DNA from: Macrostomum lignano
Lineage: Eukaryota
Direction of reading: 5' to 3'
Length of the DNA: 64,000 nt
NCBI GenBank assembly: GCA_002269645.1
Contig: NIVC01002017.1
Span: 62,001-126,000 of the forward strand
Part shown: piece by piece, positions 33,863 through 45,200 of the stretch
How positions within the stretch are numbered: the stretch's first letter is position 1
Layout of the letters: each line of letters starts with the position of its first letter
Notes under the pieces: generated by a model
Told to the model about the DNA's origin: nothing
The model's database searches: none
Seen by the model: the letters and a program-made list of their open reading frames with translations, nothing else
Program-made: the position numbers and the translations under genes

Positions 33863-34694
33863 CTGAGTGGAGATGGAGAAAAATGAGGAATGAAGAAAGG
33901 TTTCTGAATATGAGGAATATTGCCTGTCTCTCGATAACTTACTTAGCCATGTTAGACTGACTCAATGCTGTCAAAATTTGGAACAGAAATAATTTAGTGT
34001 AGCTGAAAATCTCTCAGCAGATTCTTCACACAATGCAGAGAGAGCAAAGAAACTCTTGAAATCCGGCAACCCTTATATGCATTTTTGTGTTCGGGGGTGG
34101 GAAAGGCTGGCTGGCAGGACTGGGCTAATGTCAGAGCATTGCGTGGGCGACTTGAGCTTCCGCAATGCTCTTGCAGTGCTCTGCAAGCCCGTCCCCAACC
34201 AGTAGGGAAGAAAATGATTTTATTAAAAAAAAGTCAACTCAGACAAGCCCAGCTTCTATCAGCAGTTTTTTTAATGCAGGAAGCTGCTGGCTGGTTCAGC
34301 CGCCGCCCCCACAGATGGGCAGATGCACGCAAGCCGCACTATAAACCATTAATCAATTTCCTCAGACACTATTGATATGGCAGAATCAATAGAAAAAAAT
34401 AAATTGATTTCCAGTTATTTTAAAGTTAAATACCGCTATTGCAGCCAGCCAGTTAGAGGAAAACTGCTGAACCGAATCCTCTTGAGTGATGCCTATGGGA
34501 AATCTGAGCAGCGGCGACGCGGGTGCGTTCACGATGCTGGCGAAGAAGTCGCGCAATTCATTCCTGCGCTCCTCCGGGGTGTCGCCGGCCAGGTTTAGCG
34601 CCGGCTGTTATTTAAAAATCACTAAAAACCGTTTAGAAAACCTTCTGAACCTTTTGAAGCAAAAATAATAGAACTGTGGCCCTTGTCTTTTCAG

Positions 34695-35478
34695 CAGCTA
34701 AGCCAAAGAGTATTTAGGTCGCCTAGTATAGTGTGCCAATAAGGATGAAAATCTGAAGCCGATTTTTAGAATCCACCCACCCCCTCCGGTCACCAAGCTT
34801 TTTAGTCTATGGCACAAGTTGTGGCTAGAATAGTGTACAAAGCCGATGCTCAGAAATATAAGACATTTCACACTTAGCTAATTTCCTTCTTTGCCGAATT
34901 CTTTTTCCTCCTGCGTTCTAAACACATCGAAAAGGCTAGTCGCGACAAGCTTCATGGTCTATCTGTGCGGAATCGGTTGCACAGAACAATAATCTTCATG
35001 AATTTTAGATATTCTTCTGGCGATCGAGGCTATGACTCCTCTCCTCTCTCACTTGACATGTTTGCTACATTACTTCCTGCTTATTTGCTCATAGTACTGT
35101 TTTCTTTCGCTCTGCCTGTTTATCACTTATGTTTTTGTCTTTCCGACTCTGCTGCAAGAATCCTGCTCAACTTCTTTTCTCCTTACACAATGCAATCATC
35201 GTACGTACGGTTACAGTATAGATACAGAAATAAAGTCTTGAGGACGTTTTAAGCATACATAGTATTCGTCCAGCTACATTAGCTACTTGTATTTTTCTCA
35301 TGCACTCTATGCATATTTCTGAGCATCGGCTTTGTACACTATTCTAGCCACAACTTGTGTCATAGACTAAAAAGCTTGGTGACCGGAGGGGGTGGGTGGA
35401 TTCTAAAAATCGGCTTCAGATTTTCATCCTTATTGGCACTCTATACTAGGCGACCTAAATACTCTTTGAGCTAAGCTG
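34695..35478. mobile_element. Non-autonomous DNA element (MITE-like) with ~160-bp near-perfect terminal inverted repeats
   Basis: CAAAGAGTATTTAGGTCGCCTAG...GATGCTCAGAAATAT (34704-34859) is mirrored at ~35313-35468; no coding interior. Confidence 0.85.
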
Positions 35479-36292
35479 ATCGTAATGCATCTAATGCATG
35501 AAAAACTGGGCGCCCATAGACTCAAACGAACCCCCAACCTTTTTCACCATGATTTGGCTCGTTTCGCGTCCCGAGTGTTTTAGTTATCCCTGGCCAGCTG
35601 GCAAAGCTGATTGTGAAATATTTTCAACGGTAAAATTAAACACATTTTCACCACTTCAGCTGCTATTATACAGACAGAGATTGCATTGAAAATTCTATAT
35701 TTAATTGAACCAAGAGTCCTTATCCGAGCCAGACCAAACATTGGCAGCTTGCCTTCGAATTCAAGTTTAATCACAGAATATCCGCACTATGCTAAGCTAT
35801 GCCAACTGCAGCGCTAATATATAGATTTTCTAGCTGTCTGTGTACGCGCCTCTTCCTGCTGCTCACTTGAGATGAAAAGATTTAAAAGAAAAATCTATAT
35901 TGTTTAAATAATAATATAATATAATAATTTTTATATTAAGAGGAAGATAGGAAGATTAGTAATTTTATAACAAAAAATCACAGCTGCATGTACGAGTAGC
36001 TTAGTCTGCTCAGACAGAGAAATTATATACCGACACGATAAACTGGCGGCAAGGAGAAAACAAAACTATTAATATTAAACGTACAGGAGTACTTTGGGCT
36101 ACTATTAGGAGTTAACAGAACAGTATAGTTGTCTAATTTAGTCAATATGCGTTAGTTGAACATGTAGTGCCACTTGCTAAATATAATATGTTCACTACAT
36201 GTACTAGCTGTCTGTAAAACAAGAATCCGTTAGCTAAACAGGCTTCTTTTCTGTCTGTTAGTCAGAGCTGCGATGCGATTCGAATAATTCTT

Positions 36293-39200
36293 CTAGTCCT
36301 CGTACTCAGTCGTGCTGGTATAGGTCTCCATGCGAGTGATGTACACGCTACCGTCAGCCTCCTTCTTGCACTGGCACTTCTTCACCGATCCGTGCACCTT
36401 ACAGCTGAAATCGGTGCCGGAGCTGGACGCCCTCACGCATTTGCCATTGGTACTCAGGCAGTCGGAGCGGTAGGGTCGGCTGGAGCTCGGGTCCTTGCTG
36501 CACTTAAAGTGGAAGCACATGCTGTCGGCCTTGCTCACCCAGGACTGTCCGGGCTTGTACTTGTGGCTAGTGTAGGGATCAATGCAGTAGTGCTCAATGT
36601 GTGACGTTGTCTCCCAGTGGCCATGGTCAGAGTCACCACTGGTCTCTGAGCTGGTGCTTGTGCTGGTGCTGGTGTGTGTGCTGGTGCTAGAATCCGTGGT
36701 TGTCTCATCGGTGCCAGAGCTCGAGCTGCCACCATGAGGGCGAACAAGTCCCGTGCCAACGCACGAGTAGGTGCGAACGAATCGGCAGCCGCAGCCTACA
36801 ATTGGTTAGCCAAGACTATTCACTATTCATAGTGCTAGAATGGAAACTTATAAAGCTATTACAAGTAAAATGTATAACCATACTACATGTAGCTCTGCAG
36901 GAAGACACAAAGATTCCAATTAGCGTGACTTACGGCCAGACATTACTCGAGACAGCTCTCTGGCGTTGCGAGGCAGAACTCCGAAGCTGAAGCGTCCAGC
37001 AACCGCGCCCTGATGAACGACATCACCTGGATTGTAAAGAAGCAATAGTCAACGCATGGCCACTAACAAATAACGAAAATCAATCGGCAATATCGATAAT
37101 TATACAGTACGTACTTTTGACGCCAATTTCATTCCGAGTTTGGAGAAGCGACCTCGAGTCTTCCGGGCGATGGCTTTGTACGCGCCGCCACTATGTCCGC
37201 ACAGATTTCCGGAGGCGATGATGAAGAAGCGGATGTTCTTGGAAGCCAGCAATTTGGCCACAGATTTGTGCATGCGCGAGTCCTTGGCGGAGGCGTCGGT
37301 GAACAGGAACAGGACCGAGTTTCGGTCGGCGGCAGCAGCGGCATCGCGAACTCCATGCATAGACATCTCAGGACAGTCGCCACCCCCGTGAGGACGGACG
37401 CGTCTCAGGAACGCGAGTGCCTGGTGGGCGTTCCTTGTCTTGAGCACGTTCCGTTTGTAGGGATCTCCGTACGTACCAAGAACGTAGTTATTGAAGCGCT
37501 TGTTCGCCCTGATGATGCTTTGAATGTGGTTCCTGACGGCTTTGATGACGCGGCCCATGCTGCCGGTGTCATCGACAACGAAGATCAGCGATCCTCGCTT
37601 TCCAGGTCGGGGAGCAACAGGCTTGCATGAGCAGACCTTCTTCTTGGTGGAGATCCTGCGGCCACCTCGAGGGCAGCGCTTAGGTTTGGGACGGACTGGT
37701 GGTCGGACAGGTGGGCGGACGGGAGGCCGAACCCCTCCGGTTCCAACGCACTTGTGAGTACGGACAAAGCGGCATCCGCATCCTGAAGAGAAAAAAGTCT
37801 AAGATGGAACTAGATGGCTTAAGCTTTCCTTAAATCTCGGGTCAAGAAAACTCGTTTTAGGGATGGGTAGACGCTAGGCTGACAAGTGTACCCCGAAGAG
37901 TTACTAAATAATAGAAATAGCTACACTATGCTACATGTATATACATTTATCGTTTGGGCTTTAATGGGAACATTGAGGGGTTAAGCTACGATACTGCTTT
38001 ACCAGTAGGGTTGAGGCCGAATTATCTTAAAAATTGCCAACAGATACACGACCAGCTAACACAATTCGGGCAGCCAAGCAAAATATCCTGGAAATCTTGA
38101 AAAGAGAGATGATCGATGATCACTTACGGCCAGACATCACTCGAGACAGCTCTCTGGCGTTGCGAGGCAGAACTCCGAAGCTGAAGCGTCCAGCAACCGC
38201 GCCCCTGATGAACGACATCACCTGGATTGTAAAGAAGCAATAGTCAACGCATGGCCACTAACAAATAACGAAAATCAATCGGCAATATCGATAATTATAC
38301 AGTACGTACTTTTGACGCCAATTTCATTCCGAGTTTGGAGAAGCGACCTCGAGTCTTCCGGGCGATGGCTTTGTACGCGCCGCCACTATGTCCGCACAGA
38401 TTTCCGGAGGCGATGATGAAGAAGCGGATGTTCTTGGAAGCCAGCAATTTGGCCACAGATTTGTGCATGCGCGAGTCCTTGGCGGAGGCGTCGGTGAACA
38501 GGAACAGGACCGAGTTTCGGTCGGCGGCAGCAGCGGCATCGCGAACTCCATGCATAGACATCTCAGGACAGTCGCCACCCCCGTGAGGACGGACGCGTCT
38601 CAGGAACGCGAGTGCCTGGTGGGCGTTCCTTGTCTTGAGCACGTTACGCTTGTAGGGATCTCCGTACGTACCAAGAACGTAGTTATTGAAGCGCTTGTTA
38701 GCCCTGATGATGCCTTGAATGTGGTTCCTGACGGCTTTGATGACGCGGCCCATGCTGCCGGTGTCATCGACAACGAAGATCAGCGATCCTCGCTTTCCAG
38801 GTCGGGGAGCAACAGGCTTGCATGAGCAGACCTTCTTCTTGGTGGAGATCCTGCGGCCACCTCGAGGGCAGCGCTTAGGTTTGGGACGGACTGGTGGTCG
38901 GACAGGTGGGCGGACGGGAGGCCGAACCCCTCCGGTTCCAACGCACTTGTGAGTACGGACAAAGCGGCATCCGCATCCTGAAGAGAAAAAAGTCTAAGAT
39001 GGAACTAGATGGCTTAAGCTTTCCTTAAATCTCGGGTCAAGAAAACTCGTTTTAGGGATGGGTAGACGCTAGGCTGACAAGTGTACCCCGAAGAGTTACT
39101 AAATAATAGAAATAGCTACACTATGCTACATGTATATACATTTATCGTTTGGGCTTTAATGGGAACATTGAGGGGTTAAGCTACGATACTGCTTTACCAG

Positions 39201-42200
39201 TAGGGTTGAGGCCGAATTATCTTAAAAATTGCCAACAGATACACGACCAGCTAACACAATTCGGGCAGCCAAGCAAAATATCCTGGAAATCTTGAAAAGA
39301 GAGATGATCGATGATCACTTACGGCCAGACATCACTCGAGACAGCTCTCTGGCGTTGCGAGGCAGAACTCCGAAGCTGAAGCGTCCAGCAACCGCGCCCT
39401 TGATGAACGACATCACCTGGATTGTAAAGAAGCAATAGTCAACGCATGGCCACTAACAAATAACGAAAATCAATCGGCAATATCGATAATTATACAGTAC
39501 GTACTTTTGACGCCAATTTCATTCCGAGTTTGGAGAAGCGACCTCGAGTCTTCCGGGCGATGGCTTTGTACGCGCCGCCACTATGTCCGCACAGATTTCC
39601 GGAGGCGATGATGAAGAAGCGGATGTTCTTGGAAGCCAGCAATTTGGCCACAGATTTGTGCATGCGCGAGTCCTTGGCGGAGGCGTCGGTGAACAGGAAC
39701 AGGACCGAGTTTCGGTCGGCGGCAGCAGCGGCATCGCGAACTCCATGCATAGACATCTCAGGACAGTCGCCACCCCCGTGAGGACGGACGCGTCTCAGGA
39801 ACGCGAGTGCCTGGTGGGCGTTCCTTGTCTTGAGCACGTTCCGTTGTAGGGATCTCCGTACGTACCAAGAACGTAGTTATTGAAGCGCTTGTTCGCCCTG
39901 ATGATGCTTTGAATGTGGTTCCTGACGGCTTTGATGACGCGGCCCATGCTGCCGGTGTCATCGACAACGAAGATCAGCGATCCTCGCTTTCCAGGTCGGG
40001 GAGCAACAGGCTTGCATGAGCAGACCTTCTTCTTGGTGGAGATCCTGCGGCCACCTCGAGGGCAGCGCTTAGGTTTGGGACGGACTGGTGGTCGGACAGG
40101 TGGGCGGACGGGAGGCCGAACCCCTCCGGTTCCAACGCACTTGTGAGTACGGACAAAGCGGCATCCGCATCCTGAAGAGAAAAAAGTCTAAGATGGAACT
40201 AGATGGCTTAAGCTTTCCTTAAATCTCGGGTCAAGAAAACTCGTTTTAGGGATGGGTAGACGCTAGGCTGACAAGTGTACCCCGAAGAGTTACTAAATAA
40301 TAGAAATAGCTACACTATGCTACATGTATATACATTTATCTTTGGCTTTAATGGGAACATTGAGGGGTTAAGCTACGATACTGCTTTACCAGTAGGGTTG
40401 AGGCCGAATTATCTTAAAAATTGCCAACAGATACACGACCAGCTAACACAATTCGGGCAGCCAAGCAAAATATCCTGGAAATCTTGAAAAGAGAGATGAT
40501 CGATGATCACTTACGGCCAGACATCACTCGAGACAGCTCTCTGGCGTTGCGAGGCAGAACTCCGAAGCTGAAGCGTCCAGCAACCGCGCCCTTGATGAAC
40601 GACATCACCTGGATTGTAAAGAAGCAATAGTCAACGCATGGCCACTAACAAATAACGAAAATCAATCGGCAATATCGATAATTATACAGTACGTACTTTT
40701 GACGCCAATTTCATTCCGAGTTTGGAGAAGCGACCTCGAGTCTTCCGGGCGATGGCTTTGTACGCGCCGCCACTATGTCCGCACAGATTTCCGGAGGCGA
40801 TGATGAAGAAGCGGATGTTCTTGGAAGCCAGCAATTTGGCCACAGATTTGTGCATGCGCGAGTCCTTGGCGGAGGCGTCGGTGAACAGGAACAGGACCGA
40901 GTTTCGGTCGGCGGCAGCAGCGGCATCGCGAACTCCATGCATAGACATCTCAGGACAGTCGCCACCCCCGTGAGGACGGACGCGTCTCAGGAACGCGAGT
41001 GCCTGGTGGGCGTTCCTTGTCTTGAGCACGTTCCGTTGTAGGGATCTCCGTACGTACCAAGAACGTAGTTATTGAAGCGCTTGTTCGCCCTGATGATGCT
41101 TGAATGTGGTTCCTGACGGCTTTGATGACGCGGCCCATGCTGCCGGTGTCATCGACAACGAAGATCAGCGATCCTCGCTTTCCAGGTCGGGGAGCAACAG
41201 GCTTGCATGAGCAGACCTTCTTCTTGGTGGAGATCCTGCGGCCACCTCGAGGGCAGCGCTTAGGTTTGGGACGGACTGGTGGTCGGACAGGTGGGCGGAC
41301 GGGAGGCCGAACCCCTCCGGTTCCAACGCACTTGTGAGTACGGACAAAGCGGCATCCGCATCCTGAAGAGAAAAAAGTCTAAGATGGAACTAGATGGCTT
41401 AAGCTTTCCTTAAATCTCGGGTCAAGAAAACTCGTTTTAGGGATGGGTAGACGCTAGGCTGACAAGTGTACCCCGAAGAGTTACTAAATAATAGAAATAG
41501 CTACACTATGCTACATGTATATACATTTATCTTTTGAGCTTTAATGGGAACATTGAGGGGTTAAGCTACGATACTGCTTTACCAGTAGGGTTGAGGCCGA
41601 ATTATCTTAAAAATTGCCAACAGATACACGACCAGCTAACACAATTCGGGCAGCCAAGCAAAATATCCTGGAAATCTTGAAAAGAGAGATGATCGATGAT
41701 CACTTACGGCCAGACATCACTCGAGACAGCTCTCTGGCGTTGCGAGGCAGAACTCCGAAGCTGAAGCGTCCAGCAACCGCGCCCTTGATGAACGACATCA
41801 CCTGGATTGTAAAGAAGCAATAGTCAACGCATGGCCACTAACAAATAACGAAAATCAATCGGCAATATCGATAATTATACAGTACGTACTTTTGACGCCA
41901 ATTTCATTCCGAGTTTGGAGAAGCGACCTCGAGTCTTCCGGGCGATGGCTTTGTACGCGCCGCCACTATGTCCGCACAGATTTCCGGAGGCGATGATGAA
42001 GAAGCGGATGTTCTTGGAAGCCAGCAATTTGGCCACAGATTTGTGCATGCGCGAGTCCTTGGCGGAGGCGTCGGTGAACAGGAACAGGACCGAGTTTCGG
42101 TCGGCGGCAGCAGCGGCATCGCGAACTCCATGCATAGACATCTCAGGACAGTCGCCACCCCCGTGAGGACGGACGCGTCTCAGGAACGCGAGTGCCTGGT

Positions 42201-45200
42201 GGGCGTTCCTTGTCTTGAGCACGTTCCGTTGTAGGGATCTCCGTACGTACCAAGAACGTAGTTATTGAAGCGCTTGTTCGCCCTGATGATGCTTTGAATG
42301 TGGTTCCTGACGGCTTTGATAACGCGGCCCATGCTGCCGGTGTCATCGACAACGAAGATCAGCGATCCTCGCTTTCCAGGTCGGGGAGCAACAGGCTTGC
42401 ATGAGCAGACCTTCTTCTTGGTGGAGATCCTGCGGCCACCTCGAGGGCAGCGCTTAGGTTTGGGACGGACTGGTGGTCGGACAGGTGGGCGGACGGGAGG
42501 CCGAACCCCTCCGGTTCCAACGCACTTGTGAGTACGGACAAAGCGGCATCCGCATCCTGAAGAGAAAAAAGTCTAAGATGGAACTAGATGGCTTAAGCTT
42601 TCCTTAAATCTCGGGTCAAGAAAACTCGTTTTAGGGATGGGTAGACGCTAGGCTGACAAGTGTACCCCGAAGAGTTACTAAATAATAGAAATAGCTACAC
42701 TATGCTACATGTATATACATTTATCTTTTGAGCTTTAATGGGAACATTGAGGGGTTAAGCTACGATACTGCTTTACCAGTAGGGTTGAGGCCGAATTATC
42801 TTAAAAATTGCCAACAGATACACGACCAGCTAACACAATTCGGGCAGCCAAGCAAAATATCCTGGAAATCTTGAAAAGAGAGATGATCGATGATCACTTA
42901 CGGCCAGACATCACTCGAGACAGCTCTCTGGCGTTGCGAGGCAGAACTCCGAAGCTGAAGCGTCCAGCAACCGCGCCCCTGATGAATGACATCACCTGGA
43001 TTGTAAAGAAGCAATAGTCAACGCATGGCCACTAACAAATAACGAAAATCAATCGGCAATATCGATAATTATACAGTACGTACTTTTGACGCCAATTTCA
43101 TTCCGAGTTTGGAGAAGCGACCTCGAGTCCTCGTGGCGAGAGATTTGTACACATTTCCCGGTCGGCCGCACAGATTTCCAGAAGCAACAGTGAAGAAGCG
43201 GATGTTCTTGGAAGACAGCAGGCTGGCGACAGAGCTCTGCAAGTGGGCGTCCTTGGCGGAGGCATCGGTGAACAGGAACAGGACCGAGTTTCGGTCGGCG
43301 GCAGCAGCGGCATCGCGAACTCCTTGCAGAGCCATCTCAGGACAGTCGCCACCCCCGTGAGGACGGACGCGTCTCAGGAACGCGAGTGCCTGGTGGGCGT
43401 TCCTTGTCTTGAGCACGTTCCGCCTGTAGGGATCTCCGTACGTACCAAGAACGTAGTTATTGAAGCGCTTGTTCGCCCTGATGATGCTTTGAATGTGGTT
43501 CCTGACGGCTGTGATGACGCGGCCCATGCTGCCGGTGTCATCGACAACGAAGATCAGCGATCCTCGCTTTCCAGGTCGGGGAGCTACCGGCTTGCATGAG
43601 CAGACCTTCTTCTTGATGGAGATCCTGCGACCACCTCGAGGGCAGCGCTTAGGTTTGGGACGGACTGGTGGTCGGACAGGCGGTCGGACAGGTGGGCGGA
43701 CAGGCGGTCCACCGGATGGAATGCAATTGCGAATTTTGACGAATCGGCAACCGCATCCTACAACGCCAGTTTTAAATGTTTATGGTTATGTTGGATAGAC
43801 AATATTTGACTGCTCTAACTTGACAACGGAGCATTTGACTGCCAGACATTGACAGGCATGGCACAAACTATAAACTGCCAATCCATAACCAAATCACTAA
43901 CTGAAAGCTGATTTTGCCTACAGTCAGACGGCCAGGAGTGAAATTTCTTGGTAGTCAAATGTCGCGCTCCTGGTTATGTTTTTTCTGTTATGTGGATATT
44001 TTCAATACATGTATTTAAAAAGGGAGCACGAGAATTTCCCACAGGAAGTTTTCCCGCCGAGGTTTTCCCCCGAGAGTTTTCCCGCCGAGGTTTTCCGCAG
44101 GGTTTTTCCTGTCGGAATTTCAAGTCAAATCCAGTCAATAGACAATGCTGGACTAGATTAAAACCAACCTAGACTAGACTTGACTAGACTAGACTAGACT
44201 AGACTGGACTAGACTAGACTAGACTGGACTAGACTAGACTAGACTGGACTAGACTAGACTGGACTGGACTAGACTAGACTAGACTGGATTAGACTAGACT
44301 GGACTAGACTAGACTGGACTAGACTAGACTAGACTGGATTAGACTAGACTGGACTAGACTGGACTGGACTAGACTGGACTGGACTAGACTAGACTAGACT
44401 GGACTAGACTGGACTAGACTAGACTAGACTGGACTAGACTGGACTAGACATAAACTAGACCAGATGAAAAACTAGACTATATTAGAACTAGACTAGACTA
44501 AATTTCAAATCCGATTAGATTTGACTTGAAATTCCGACAGGAAAAACCCTGCGGGAAAACCTCGGCAGGAAAAAATCTCGCGGAAAACCTCCTGCGGGAA
44601 ATTCTCATAGTAGAACCTCTTAAAATATGCTCCTTAACGGGAGGGAATTGGAATGTTTATAAAATTTTTTTCGGTTAGGCTAGTGTGGCCAAGAGCAGCA
44701 GCGTTGGGCATCATTTACTTAACAAAAATTTTTGCTGAAAAGGTGGTTTTTGAGCTAACTTTTTGCTATCGTTAATAATAGCAAATAGTGCAGCTATAAT
44801 TGGACTATTTCATATGCACACAGGATTTTGTGGTTTTCAAACCATGGTTGTAAAGAAATGAGTTTTGAAAAATCATTCCAAAGGACTGAATAAATTTTGA
44901 TTCGACCACTGAGCTGTATTGAATTGCATGTTAATATTAACAAAAAAGTAGCCGGACAACTTCTTTCTGGCGATTAAAAGGTGATAATTACAATATGAGT
45001 AATATTAGTATCAGATATTTAAATTTCTTGAACTACCTTTACGAGAGTAACTTTTCTAAGAAACTTACTTCTTTCAAACGTATAAAAACTAGTCGTTACA
45101 ACTTTTTTGCCAGTTAAAGTAAACTTATTGCTATTAAATACCTACTAACTGTAAACTGACTTTGCACAGCATTGAAAGGCAGAAATAAATCGACTAAATT

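Noticed and set aside
34400-34600. Minus-strand peptide PALNLAGDTPEERRNELRDFFASIVNAPASPLL
   Set aside because: Could be a LINE fragment or an upstream exon of the Cys-rich gene; too short and unanchored to call.
38034-43017. Recurrent plus-strand 69-aa ORF MPTDTRPANT..
   Set aside because: Antisense to the 94-nt exon and intron of each vWA unit; repeated only because the unit is repeated.
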